A stretch of 64,000 nt of DNA from NCBI RefSeq assembly GCF_040223195.1, contig NZ_JAVKDX010000010.1:73982-137981 (forward strand), given 5' to 3'. Numbering within the stretch: the stretch's first letter is position 1; each line of letters opens with the position of its first letter. This DNA comes from Ekhidna sp. (GTDB taxonomy: Bacteria > Bacteroidota > Bacteroidia > Cytophagales > Cyclobacteriaceae). Below the pieces are notes generated by a model. The model was not told the DNA's origin. It saw nothing but the letters and a program-made list of their open reading frames with translations, and made no database searches. This document shows positions 6,178-15,426 of this stretch, piece after piece. The position numbers and the translations under genes are program-made.

Positions 6178-8445
6178 CTAGCCAAGAATCCTCAACTTGG
6201 CAAAGCTCAGCAGCAGCGTTTTCTCTCCGGCTTGTTCAAAATCCACTTTGGCTTTTTTATTGGCACCTTGCTCATCTATCTCCGTCACCACGCCAAAGCC
6301 AAATTTCGGGTGTTCCACCTTCATGCCTTCGGCCAGGTTGCTGGTATCGCTCGGCTCAAAATCAGCACTTGGGGTATGGTTCACCTTCGCAGCAAAGCGT
6401 TTGTTGGTGTTTTCCTTCCGGATATTCGAAACGAAGTTTTTGGTAACATAATTCACCCCGGGCGAGACCGGATCACTTGAAGAAAACTTCCGGTTTACCT
6501 TGATGAATTGCGGGTCTACTTCCTCCAGGAACCTGCTGGGCTCACAGTTTTTGAGTCGGCCAAATCGATATCGGTTTAGCGCATAGCTCATATAAAGTTT
6601 CTTCTCCGCACGTGTGATCGCCACATAGAAAAGCCTGCGCTCTTCTTCCAAATCGGCGCGGCTACTCAGCATCATCTGAGAAGGGAAAAGTTCCTCTTCC
6701 AGACCTACGATGAAAACGTACGGAAACTCCAACCCCTTCGCCATGTGAATGGTCATGAGGGTTACGGCATCTTCATTTTTTTGATTTCGATCCTCGTCTG
6801 TCAGAAGTGCTACATCCTGCAGGAACGCTCCAAGGCTTTTATCTTCCCGCTCCGGATCATCGGTAAATTCTTTGATCGCATTCAGGAGCTCCTGCGTATT
6901 CTCATAGCGGTTCATGCCTTCGATGGTCTTGTCCTCATAGAGCTCCTTCAGCAAGCCAGAAGTCTTGGCTATTTGAGAGGCTGTTTCGTAGGCATCCTTC
7001 TTCTCGTTGGTCAGCCGGAAAGACTTGATCAGGGCGGCAAAATTTTCTACCTGAGTGCCTCCACGGTTTCCTACGTAGGAAGAAGCTTTTTCCATGATTT
7101 CCCAAAGTTCCTTCCCTTCTTCATGGGCAGAGACTACCATCTTATCAATCGTTGTTGGCCCGATCCCTCGCTTGGGTAGGTTGATGATCCGACGCATGGC
7201 TGCTTCATCGTTTGGATTGACCGTGTAGCGGAAATAGGCGAGGAGGTCTTTGATTTCCTTGCGTTGGTAGAATGAAACACCACCCACAATCCGGTACCGG
7301 ATGTTGTTTCGTCGCAGCGCTTCTTCAATGGCCCTGGATTGACTATTGGTGCGGTACAGTACAGCAAACTCTTTCTCTGAAGCATGGCTTTGCATCTTCG
7401 TCTCAAAGATGGCGGAGGCCACCAGCTTTCCTTCCTCATTGTCTGAAGTGGCTTTGATGAGCTCAATGAGATCACCATCATCATTGGCCGTCCAGACGTT
7501 CTTTTTTAGCTGGGCAGTGTTCCTCCCGATCACTGCATTGGCAGCATTTACGATTGTCTTGGTGGATCGGTAATTCTGCTCAAGCCGGATGGTTTTTAGG
7601 TCAGGATAGTCTCTCTCAAAATTTAGAATGTTTTGGATATCGGCTCCCCGGAAAGCATAGATACTTTGCGCATCGTCACCCACCACACAGATGTTTTGTC
7701 GGACGGCAGCCAGTCTTTTGGCTATCAGGTACTGCGAGATATTCGTGTCCTGAAACTCATCGATCATTACGTAATGAAAACGCTGCTGGTATTTGTTAAG
7801 CACATCATCATGTTGCTGGAAAAGGATGTTCGTATTGAACAGGAGGTCATCGAAATCCATTGCATCGGCAGCAAAGCATCGCTCACAATACGTCTTATAA
7901 ATACGCCCCATTTCCGGTCGCATATTCTGCGTATCGTCTTCCAGGTAGATGGGGTTGTTCAGGTACTCCCTCCATGACACGAGTCTGTTTTTCGCTCCAG
8001 AGATTCGGCTGTAGATGATGTTAGGTTTGTAGACTTTGTCATCCAGGTTGAATTCTTTGACGATCAGCTTGATAAGGGATTTGGAGTCATCCGTGTCATA
8101 TATGGTGAAGTTGCTGGGATACCCGATTCGGCTAGCTTCTGCTCGTAAGATTCGAGCAAACACCGAGTGGAATGTCCCCATCCACAGGTTTCTGGCTTCA
8201 GCCCCCACCATTTGCTCAATTCGCTTTTGCATTTCCCTGGCTGCTTTGTTGGTAAATGTCAGTGCCATGATGTTGAACGGATCTACATCATGGGCGCGAA
8301 TGAGGTGGGCTATCCGATAGGTGAGTACCCTTGTTTTGCCTGATCCGGCACCTGCTATGATCATGCAAGGTCCTTCTACATTTACTACACCTTCTCGTTG
8401 GGGGGGATTGAGTTGATCAAGGTAATCTGCCTGCGCTTCTGCCAT
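6178..8445 (-). CDS. uvrD: UvrD/PcrA-family ATP-dependent DNA helicase
   Basis: The 755-aa ORF carries AGAGSGKT (Walker A), IDEFQDTN, VGDDAQSIYAFRGA and TIHMAKGLEF. It also has the C-terminal VEHPKFGFGVV motif. Confidence 0.95.
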   Translation of the reverse strand: MAEAQADYLDQLNPPQREGVVNVEGPCMIIAGAGSGKTRVLTYRIAHLIRAHDVDPFNIMALTFTNKAAREMQKRIEQMVGAEARNLWMGTFHSVFARILRAEASRIGYPSNFTIYDTDDSKSLIKLIVKEFNLDDKVYKPNIIYSRISGAKNRLVSWREYLNNPIYLEDDTQNMRPEMGRIYKTYCERCFAADAMDFDDLLFNTNILFQQHDDVLNKYQQRFHYVMIDEFQDTNISQYLIAKRLAAVRQNICVVGDDAQSIYAFRGADIQNILNFERDYPDLKTIRLEQNYRSTKTIVNAANAVIGRNTAQLKKNVWTANDDGDLIELIKATSDNEEGKLVASAIFETKMQSHASEKEFAVLYRTNSQSRAIEEALRRNNIRYRIVGGVSFYQRKEIKDLLAYFRYTVNPNDEAAMRRIINLPKRGIGPTTIDKMVVSAHEEGKELWEIMEKASSYVGNRGGTQVENFAALIKSFRLTNEKKDAYETASQIAKTSGLLKELYEDKTIEGMNRYENTQELLNAIKEFTDDPEREDKSLGAFLQDVALLTDEDRNQKNEDAVTLMTIHMAKGLEFPYVFIVGLEEELFPSQMMLSSRADLEEERRLFYVAITRAEKKLYMSYALNRYRFGRLKNCEPSRFLEEVDPQFIKVNRKFSSSDPVSPGVNYVTKNFVSNIRKENTNKRFAAKVNHTPSADFEPSDTSNLAEGMKVEHPKFGFGVVTEIDEQGANKKAKVDFEQAGEKTLLLSFAKLRILG

Positions 8446-8781
8446 GCGGCAAAAGTATTTGATTTGGTCAAATAATATTTTTCGACCTAAACGAAATCAG
8501 GAAATGAACCGGAAAATGTTGTTGAGAATGATGAAGCCCAGAAAGGCCAGAAAAAAAATTACTTCCAGAATGAGAATAATATTTCTTGCTTTGAATGCAG
8601 GCTTCTTCACGCGGGTGGCTTGTGTATATAAGTCGAGCTTTTGCAATTGATAAAATTACAACATTATAAAAATGTTATTGCAATGTTAACGCACTCAGCT
8701 AAATCTCGAAAATCAAATTACTTCCGTAATGGATTAAAATAGTTATCTTGTTTAGCATCAAACTAACTTAATTACACTATT

Positions 8782-9189
8782 ATGGATTTTTCATCAATTA
8801 ATTGGCTGGCAGTGGTAGTAGCTTCTGTTTCAGCATTTATTGTAGGGGGATTATGGTACGGCCCATTGTTTGGAAAGGCCTGGATGGCTGAGATGGGCTT
8901 TACCGAAGATGATTTAAAGAATGCCAACATGGCCAAAATTTATGGTACGGCCTTCGTGCTTGAGTTCATCATTGCACTTCAGCTGGCGTACTTTCTGGGT
9001 CATGGAAATACGGATCCATCCGTAGGGCAGGGAGCAGCCTATGGGTTGCATATCGGCTTGTTTTTCATCGCCGCGGCGATGGGTGTCAATGCCCTGTTTT
9101 CCAGAACGTCCCTGAAGCTATGGTTTATCAATGCGTTCTATTTCGTGATCCTTCTGACACTGATGGGAGTGATTTTGACAGTGATGTGA
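8782..9189 (+). CDS. DUF1761-like small membrane protein
   Basis: The 135-aa ORF has 4 hydrophobic segments. Its N-terminus INWLAVVVASVSAFIVGGLWYGPLFGKAWM resembles that family. Confidence 0.6.
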   Translation: MDFSSINWLAVVVASVSAFIVGGLWYGPLFGKAWMAEMGFTEDDLKNANMAKIYGTAFVLEFIIALQLAYFLGHGNTDPSVGQGAAYGLHIGLFFIAAAMGVNALFSRTSLKLWFINAFYFVILLTLMGVILTVM

Positions 9190-9209
9190 AAACAGATAAA
9201 GAATAAATG

Positions 9210-9234
9210 GCCCTCTTTTGAGGGCTATTTTTTT
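9210..9234. terminator. Hairpin between convergent genes
   Basis: The hairpin GCCCTC-TTTT-GAGGGC is followed by TATTTTTTT. It overlaps the stop of the minus-strand gene. Confidence 0.5.
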
Positions 9235-9716
9235 CGCTTAAAACCCCCCTCGTGAAAGGTTTGATCACACGTTTCATCTTTCATAGAGCATACCTGATAC
9301 CTGTACTCATCCTCAGATAGAAATATCCAACTGTCCCTGAGTAGCATGTCACCATAGGCATATTCATAATAGATGTTTTTTCCTTCGATTTTGATTATTC
9401 CCTTACTCACACCCCCTAGCTTATCAAACTCATAGAATTCAAGTTGCTTTGTTTCCGAATTAAAAGCTCTAACACCCTCATTTCTCAATCCAAACTCTAG
9501 AGTCTTAGGATCTGTGGTGTAGGTTTTCACTTTCACAATCTTCCTTTCCAGTCCCCATTCGAATTCCTTCACGGTTTTGCCGTCATGACCTCCGAGTTGT
9601 TTTCCATCAGCAATCCAGGTGCTCCCGACTAGATTCTCGAAGGCCTTTATTGATTCATTTTGTGCCTGAGTAAACTGTGAGGCAATGAGAAGGGAAATCA
9701 GCAGCAGGTTTTTCAT
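9225..9716 (-). CDS. Secreted hypothetical protein
   Basis: I trimmed this to the internal ATG at 9716, which gives a signal peptide MKNLLLISLLIASQFTQAQ. The longer listed ORF would overlap the upstream peptidase gene. Confidence 0.65.
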   Translation of the reverse strand: MKNLLLISLLIASQFTQAQNESIKAFENLVGSTWIADGKQLGGHDGKTVKEFEWGLERKIVKVKTYTTDPKTLEFGLRNEGVRAFNSETKQLEFYEFDKLGGVSKGIIKIEGKNIYYEYAYGDMLLRDSWIFLSEDEYRYQVCSMKDETCDQTFHEGGFKRKK

Positions 9717-9720
9717 CTCT

Positions 9721-11079
9721 TTAGTTTCTTGAATTAGGGCTAAGTTTTCTCGGGATGGACATAATCTCCATTTGCCTTCCGTCAATATACCTGACGGTCT
9801 CGCCATCGAAGAACGCATCTTCTTCCAGCATGATACGGATTTCTTTACCCCACTCTTCAATAAATACCCCAGCATTCAATTCGATGGAGTGAGCGGTATT
9901 TGGATAGAGTGGATAATCGCCCTTGCCAGGTACACCGCCCTGCATGTCCCACAGTCCGATGGTTGGCCCGGCTGCATGCCCATGAAAGCCAATTGGGTGT
10001 GTGTAGATCACACCCTTGAGGCCCTCAGATGCGCATTGATCCAACGTAGACCTGAGTATTTCATTCCCACTACGGCCACTTACGAAATTAGAGGTAAGGA
10101 TGTCCTGAACACGATTCCCTTTTTTAAATGCGGATTTTAAAAAATCCGGCACATCCTGTTCACCGGGCTTCAGCACGTAGGCATGTTGCTGCGTGTCGGT
10201 ATTGAGTCGGAGATATGTAATCCCAAAATCTACATGCAGCAGATCCCCGGGATAGATTATTTGCTGTTCTGGTCGCTCGGAGAATGAGCGCAAATGATCA
10301 AAAGATTCCGGATCCTTTCGCTGGATGGATACCGAAGGATGGAACCAGGCAGTGAAACCCAACTCACGAATCCTGTCACGGTACCACCACACCACATCGT
10401 CGGTAGTTGTGATGCCAGGTTGAATTACTTTTTCTGAAAAACCCTCTGCAATGATCTGATGGGCGATCCTCACAATATTTTGATAAACGATCATCTCACT
10501 TTCGGTGCGGGTTTCCAGCCATCCTATTGCCACATTTTCCGCACCTACGACACGATCCTGATATTTCTTCGGCAGTACATCCATCAGCATATCATAGTGG
10601 GTGGATGAGATGCCATCCGCAAGCGCAAATGTTTCTGATTTATTGATACCTATTTTTTTGGGATCTTTTTTCAGGATCATATCTGCCAGCGCTTTCCACT
10701 GATCTGGCTGCATTTCCTTATTCCACATGGTCTTGAATAATTCACCTGTGTTGTAGCGGGACATCCCGAAAGTTTCCAGGGGCTTGCCTTCCCCGGGATC
10801 GAAAGCGATGAGCATTGTGGTTCTCCTGGCCGATTGCCAGGTAGCTGGCAAGAGGGTCTTAATTACAGGATCTTCGTTGTATTCCCTGGCAATGATGACC
10901 CACATATCAATGCCGGTGCGTCGCATCACCTCAGGGAGAACCGTTTGTATTCGCTCTTCCAGCCAGTTGTCAATGACCTCTGCTCTTTCCTTCATGGAAA
11001 GGATTTTTGGAGTATAGGGATTTTGAGCCCAGAGAGCTGTGCCGAGAATAATAAGGGAAAGATTAAGAATTGATCTCAT
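9721..11079 (-). CDS. M24-family metallopeptidase (Xaa-Pro aminopeptidase-like), secreted
   Basis: A signal peptide is present, along with pita-bread fold signatures DLLHVDFG, HPIGFHGH, HSIELN and MLEED. Confidence 0.8.
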   Translation of the reverse strand: MRSILNLSLIILGTALWAQNPYTPKILSMKERAEVIDNWLEERIQTVLPEVMRRTGIDMWVIIAREYNEDPVIKTLLPATWQSARRTTMLIAFDPGEGKPLETFGMSRYNTGELFKTMWNKEMQPDQWKALADMILKKDPKKIGINKSETFALADGISSTHYDMLMDVLPKKYQDRVVGAENVAIGWLETRTESEMIVYQNIVRIAHQIIAEGFSEKVIQPGITTTDDVVWWYRDRIRELGFTAWFHPSVSIQRKDPESFDHLRSFSERPEQQIIYPGDLLHVDFGITYLRLNTDTQQHAYVLKPGEQDVPDFLKSAFKKGNRVQDILTSNFVSGRSGNEILRSTLDQCASEGLKGVIYTHPIGFHGHAAGPTIGLWDMQGGVPGKGDYPLYPNTAHSIELNAGVFIEEWGKEIRIMLEEDAFFDGETVRYIDGRQMEIMSIPRKLSPNSRN

Positions 11080-11122
11080 GCTTTAGTGTTTGGGCACTAA
11101 AGATAATGATTCAATCTGGAGG

Positions 11123-12277
11123 TTATTCTACAATTATACGAGAGCTATGTTGATCACCTTCTGACGAGGAAAGTTTTATTAAGTAAATCCCTTTTTCCAA
11201 TCCACTCAGGTTTACGGAATAATTCAAAGGATTTTCTTGCACGAGTTGCTCATTAAGGCTCTTAGATTCACCTCCAGAAAGGCTATAAAAAGTAATATTC
11301 TGAATTTGAAATGGTTTCGTCGAAGAAAGGTTCATTTGGCCATTTTTTACTATTGTGGGATAGGCTGTAAACTCATTTTTCTCTTTTGCTAAACCTGTTT
11401 CTACCCTGTGAACTTGAAAGTATTCAAACTGACCGTCAAAGTCCACTTGCTTCAGGCGATAGTATTCTATAGGGGCAAAAGCAAACTTATCTGTAAACTC
11501 GTACTCAATAACCTCATTGGAGTCACCATTTCCAGCTACTCTACCAATCTCATAGAAATATTTTCCATCCTCAGAACGCTCAATCGAGAAGAAATCGTTA
11601 TTCAACTCAGTGGCTGTGGCCCAGCTAAGTTTTATCTCTTCGTTTGATTCCGTGGTGAAGTATAGTAGGTCCACCGGGAGTGGCGTAGTACCCCCACCGT
11701 TGATGAATTCTTCAATTTCACTAAATCCATCCCCTGAGAGGTCAGTCACGGATTCCGATTGGCTTGTGTTTCCTGTCTCATCATCAATCCAATCCCCTGT
11801 GGTAGGATTTCCAGGTCCGCCTACAGGTCCGTAGCTGGTAGCATACACTTTTCCTGAACCTGTAAATGATCCCTGATTGGCAGAGCCGTCCTTATCGAAA
11901 GTCCCACCAACAGCAATTACACCATTGTTGTTAATGTTAAGCTGATTGGCAAAATCAAAGTCTCCCAGCACTATCAAAACTCCATTTGCACCAACTGTTA
12001 AAGTGGCACCATTTTGATCCATATTGAAATTACCCTCCACAATCAGGGTGTCATTGACTGTTACACTACCAGTTATGGTGAGCAGGGCGGCTCCATTGGT
12101 GATTTTACCATTGATAATAAAACTTCCATTTTCATCATTACTAGTCGCCTGTGCATCTGTCCAACTTGCGGAAGAATTCCAGTCACCAGAATAATTATTA
12201 TGCGTTGACCGTTGAGCAGAAGCCCATACAGACAAAGAGATCAGAGCTAGGTAAAGTCCGTGTTTCATTATTATCAT
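11123..12277 (-). CDS. Secreted protein with a T9SS C-terminal sorting domain
   Basis: The signal peptide is MKHGLYLALISLSVWASAQ, followed by a Gly/Asn-rich beta region and a CTD-like tail (FTAYPTIVKNGQMNLS...GIYLIKLSS). The start could instead be the ATG at 12268. Confidence 0.75.
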   Translation of the reverse strand: MIIMKHGLYLALISLSVWASAQRSTHNNYSGDWNSSASWTDAQATSNDENGSFIINGKITNGAALLTITGSVTVNDTLIVEGNFNMDQNGATLTVGANGVLIVLGDFDFANQLNINNNGVIAVGGTFDKDGSANQGSFTGSGKVYATSYGPVGGPGNPTTGDWIDDETGNTSQSESVTDLSGDGFSEIEEFINGGGTTPLPVDLLYFTTESNEEIKLSWATATELNNDFFSIERSEDGKYFYEIGRVAGNGDSNEVIEYEFTDKFAFAPIEYYRLKQVDFDGQFEYFQVHRVETGLAKEKNEFTAYPTIVKNGQMNLSSTKPFQIQNITFYSLSGGESKSLNEQLVQENPLNYSVNLSGLEKGIYLIKLSSSEGDQHSSRIIVE

Positions 12278-12290
12278 TTGATAAATTATG

Positions 12291-12298
12291 CAAATATA
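12291..12298 (-). promoter_or_regulatory. -7 promoter box (TATATTTG on the minus strand)
   Basis: This is an exact TAnnTTTG match, 14-23 nt upstream of the candidate starts of 11123..12277. Confidence 0.35.
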
Positions 12299-12388
12299 CG
12301 TAGTTGTTTATGCAACTGGTTTTCTTTTAGAAGCAACCTTCAAATTCTTCGATGGAGTCAGTATTTATGGCTTTGAAGTCCTTTTATC

Positions 12389-12396
12389 TACCTTTG
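12389..12396 (+). promoter_or_regulatory. -7 promoter box (TACCTTTG)
   Basis: This is an exact TAnnTTTG match, 24 nt upstream of the ATG at 12421. Confidence 0.35.
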
Positions 12397-12420
12397 TGGC
12401 TCAATTCGAAAAAAGCATAA

Positions 12421-13794
12421 ATGAAGTATCTGAATAATCTAACGGAGGGAATAGGAAATACCCCACTCCTCAAATTGAACCGTATCAATGAAGGCATAAA
12501 GGGAACGATTTTGGTCAAAGTAGAATATTTCAATCCCGGCAATTCGGTGAAAGATCGAATCGCCCTAAAGATGATCGAGGATGCGGAGCAAAAAGGAATT
12601 TTAAAGCCGGGCGGCACGATCATCGAAGGTACTTCTGGAAACACCGGAATGGGCCTGGCACTGGTGGCAATTTCTAAAGGATATAAATGCATTTTCACCC
12701 TGGCTGACAAGCAGAGCAAAGAGAAAATGGATGTACTTCGCGCGATGGGTGCTGAAGTGGTGGTATGTCCTACCAACGTCGCACCTGATGATCCTAAATC
12801 GTATTATTCGGTGGCCAAGCAGCTGGAGAAAGACATCCCCAATTCATTCTATCCCAATCAATACGACCACCCGGCCAACACGCTGGCACACTATGAAACC
12901 ACTGGCCCGGAAATCTGGAAAGATACCGATGGAAAAATCACCCACTATGCAGCAGGAATGGGCACAGGCGGGACAATCAGCGGGACGTCAAAATACCTGA
13001 AAGAGCAGAAACCGGATATCATTACCATCGGATTGGATACCTATGGCTCAGTTTTTAAAAAATATAAAGAGACAGGAATTTTTGATGAGAAAGAGATTTA
13101 CCCATACCTGACGGAGGGGATCGGAGAGGACATCCTGCCGAAGAATGTAAATTTTGATCTTGTGGATCATATAGTAAAAGTGACGGATAAGGATGCAGCG
13201 ATCATGACGCGCAGATTGGCAAGAGAGGAGGGACTTTTTGTGGGATGGTCATGTGGATCAGCGGTTTATGGCGCGCTAGAGTATGCGAAGGAAAACCTGA
13301 AAGAAGATGATGTAATGGTGATTATCCTGCCGGACCATGGAACCAGGTATCTGGGTAAAGTGTACAATGATGATTGGATGAAAGATCATGGATTTCTTGA
13401 GGATCGAAAGTTCGCTACCGCAAAGGATATTATCAGGAGCAAAAATGGATCAGCTGACCTGGTCACTTTGGATCACAAAATGAAGGTGGGAGAGGCTATC
13501 AGAGTGATGCATCAAAAGGGGATAGATCAGGCTCCTGTGGTAGAGGGGAGTGAGTTCGTTGGAAGCGTATCTGATAGTTTGCTGCTCAAAAGTCTCGTAG
13601 AGAATCCGGCATTGAAAGAGAAGTCTGTTTCCGAGATCATGGAGCCGCCTTTTCAGTTCATCTCCTCATTGGAGCCCATAGACGTGATGTCGTCCATGCT
13701 TGGAAAGGAAAAGAAAGCCTTGATGATCAGGGATGAAAATAATCAGCCGCACATCATCACGCAAAGTGACCTTTTGGTGGCTATGACGAATTAA
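12421..13794 (+). CDS. Cystathionine beta-synthase-like PLP enzyme with a C-terminal CBS pair
   Basis: Fold-type II PLP motifs NPGNSVKDR and GTSGNTG are followed by a ~120-aa tandem CBS region. Confidence 0.85.
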   Translation: MKYLNNLTEGIGNTPLLKLNRINEGIKGTILVKVEYFNPGNSVKDRIALKMIEDAEQKGILKPGGTIIEGTSGNTGMGLALVAISKGYKCIFTLADKQSKEKMDVLRAMGAEVVVCPTNVAPDDPKSYYSVAKQLEKDIPNSFYPNQYDHPANTLAHYETTGPEIWKDTDGKITHYAAGMGTGGTISGTSKYLKEQKPDIITIGLDTYGSVFKKYKETGIFDEKEIYPYLTEGIGEDILPKNVNFDLVDHIVKVTDKDAAIMTRRLAREEGLFVGWSCGSAVYGALEYAKENLKEDDVMVIILPDHGTRYLGKVYNDDWMKDHGFLEDRKFATAKDIIRSKNGSADLVTLDHKMKVGEAIRVMHQKGIDQAPVVEGSEFVGSVSDSLLLKSLVENPALKEKSVSEIMEPPFQFISSLEPIDVMSSMLGKEKKALMIRDENNQPHIITQSDLLVAMTN

Positions 13795-13840
13795 TTACAT
13801 TTGACCAGCACAAATTAAATTTTTAACTCTTTACTTGCAG

Positions 13841-13872
13841 CCCCTTGGTTTATTCACTGAGGGGTTTTTTAT
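13841..13872 (+). terminator. Intrinsic terminator
   Basis: A CCCCT...AGGGG stem is followed by TTTTTTATTTT. Confidence 0.5.
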
Positions 13873-14103
13873 TTTGACCACAAAATCCCAAAAATAAAAG
13901 AGCCAAATTTCAAACTTCAATGTCTGATAGGTTTAGCATTGAGTAAAAATGATTTCTTCCTTAGAGTTAAAATTTGATGAAGCAATTGAATTGAAAGGAT
14001 ATTATCTGCCATAATCAATAAATCAAGTTAAGGTCAGGTCTATGTATAATGATTTTGGAGTTTGTTTGTGATTTATTATTTGAAATTTGGAGGTTTATAA
14101 CAT

Positions 14104-14928
14104 ATGAAATCAAGTCAACCAATCGGGATTTTTGATAGCGGAATAGGCGGGCTGACTGTGGCCAGAGCCGTAAAGAAGCTTCTCCCGGATGAGTCCATCA
14201 TCTATTTTGGGGATACGGCGCATTTGCCCTACGGAGACAAGTCGACTGCAGCCATTCAGGCCTATTCCGTTCGTATTGCGGATTTGCTTTTAAAGCACAA
14301 ATGCAAAGTGATTTTGATTGCGTGCAATTCCGCCTCTTCAGCGGCTTTTGATTTGGTCACCGAGTATGTAGGCAAGCGGGCAAAAGTGTTTGATGTGATT
14401 AACCCCACGGTTGATTTCATTAGGGAAAATTACACGGATGAGAAGGTTGGACTAATTGGCACGAAGCAGACCGTTTCTGCAGGTGTATACGCCAGAAAGA
14501 TTGAGACCCTCAATCAGGGAATTTCATTCACCTCGCTAGCTACACCACTTCTGGTGCCCATGATAGAGGAGGGCATTTACGATGACGAAATCAGTCAGAA
14601 TATTATTGCCAAATATCTGAATGATCCTTCTTTAGCGGACATCAGGTCGTTGATCCTGGGCTGCACGCATTACCCGATTATAAAAAATGAGATACATGAT
14701 CACTTCAAAAAGCAACATCAGCAAGTAGAGATTATTGACTCAGCGGAAACGGTAGCCAAGGCCCTAAAAGCTTTCCTCGAGTACCATCAGCTGGTGAATA
14801 CCGCCAGACAGGGAGCGGATAAATTTCTGGTTTCCGACTTTACGGAATCATTCGAGCATACCACCAAAACCTTCTTTGGCAGAGAAGTACACCTTGAGCT
14901 GGTTCCAATTTGGGATGAATTAGCGTAG
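14104..14928 (+). CDS. murI: Glutamate racemase
   Basis: Motifs GIFDSGIGGLTV, IACNSAS and LGCTHYP are present. Confidence 0.9.
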   Translation: MKSSQPIGIFDSGIGGLTVARAVKKLLPDESIIYFGDTAHLPYGDKSTAAIQAYSVRIADLLLKHKCKVILIACNSASSAAFDLVTEYVGKRAKVFDVINPTVDFIRENYTDEKVGLIGTKQTVSAGVYARKIETLNQGISFTSLATPLLVPMIEEGIYDDEISQNIIAKYLNDPSLADIRSLILGCTHYPIIKNEIHDHFKKQHQQVEIIDSAETVAKALKAFLEYHQLVNTARQGADKFLVSDFTESFEHTTKTFFGREVHLELVPIWDELA

Positions 14929-14937
14929 TTTTACCGA

Positions 14938-15426
14938 ATGCTCCGATTCATCATTTTAATAGCCGCTATTTCTTTTTCGGCATGTAGCGTGACCAAGAGC
15001 ACACAATCTATGCACCCATTCGATGGTGGAAGCGTAGGCTGTGGGAATTTCATCGTTTACAAACTGTCCGGTGATAATCAGGAATATGTCTCCGTGGTGC
15101 TGGATGTGACTTCTATTGAATTGCAGAAGATGCAAGCATACTCTGTAGATAAGGCTGAGGTGGTAAAAGTGAAAAGAAAAAAATACGACGGCCCGATCAA
15201 TGCCTCACTTTGCAATGATGTGATGATGCAAAAACCTAATGAGCTTCTTGAAGAAGTGGCGATTGATGGCATTGTAGAAGTATATGTAGACTTGCTGGAA
15301 AAGGAGAAAGCAGAAAAAAAGGAACCTTATAAAGTGACCATAGTTCTCAAGAAAATAGTTTTTGAGACCATGACCATAGATTATTTACGTCTCGAAAACA
15401 TTAATGTAGGATGGCTACCAGGATAA
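14938..15426 (+). CDS. Hypothetical lipoprotein
   Basis: The signal and lipobox read MLRFIILIAAISFSAC. Confidence 0.6.
   Translation: MLRFIILIAAISFSACSVTKSTQSMHPFDGGSVGCGNFIVYKLSGDNQEYVSVVLDVTSIELQKMQAYSVDKAEVVKVKRKKYDGPINASLCNDVMMQKPNELLEEVAIDGIVEVYVDLLEKEKAEKKEPYKVTIVLKKIVFETMTIDYLRLENINVGWLPG

Noticed and set aside
6130-8320. Plus-strand ORFs lie opposite uvrD (for example 6130..6480, 6745..7179, 7633..7977), along with off-frame minus-strand ORFs.
   Set aside because: They are antisense to or off-frame from a helicase gene with all canonical motifs, and none has a recognisable feature.
8497-8646. A 49-codon hydrophobic minus-strand ORF (...KKPAFKARNIILILEVIFFLAFLGFIILNNIFRFIS*) lies upstream of uvrD. 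The listed plus-strand ORF 8444..8650 is also here.
   Set aside because: The minus-strand ORF has no ATG (only TTG or GTG options) and no promoter box that I could see, and its hydrophobicity could come from AT-rich codons. The plus-strand ORF is Arg/Lys-rich, low-complexity and antisense to it. Neither can be supported without conservation data.
8641-8687. Nested AT-rich inverted repeats (TTGCAAT...ATTGCAA and AACATT-ATAAA-AATGTT) lie between uvrD and the DUF1761 gene. A similar TGTACAT-N7-ATGTACA repeat lies at 29781-29801.
   Set aside because: The arms are short (6-7 bp) and sit in very AT-rich intergenic DNA. I cannot tell them from chance, and I do not know a matching operator consensus, for example for a Bacteroidota LexA.
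9717-9875. The 5' extension of ORF 9225..9875.
   Set aside because: It would overlap the 3' end of the M24 peptidase gene by about 150 nt. The internal ATG at 9716 gives a clean signal peptide instead.
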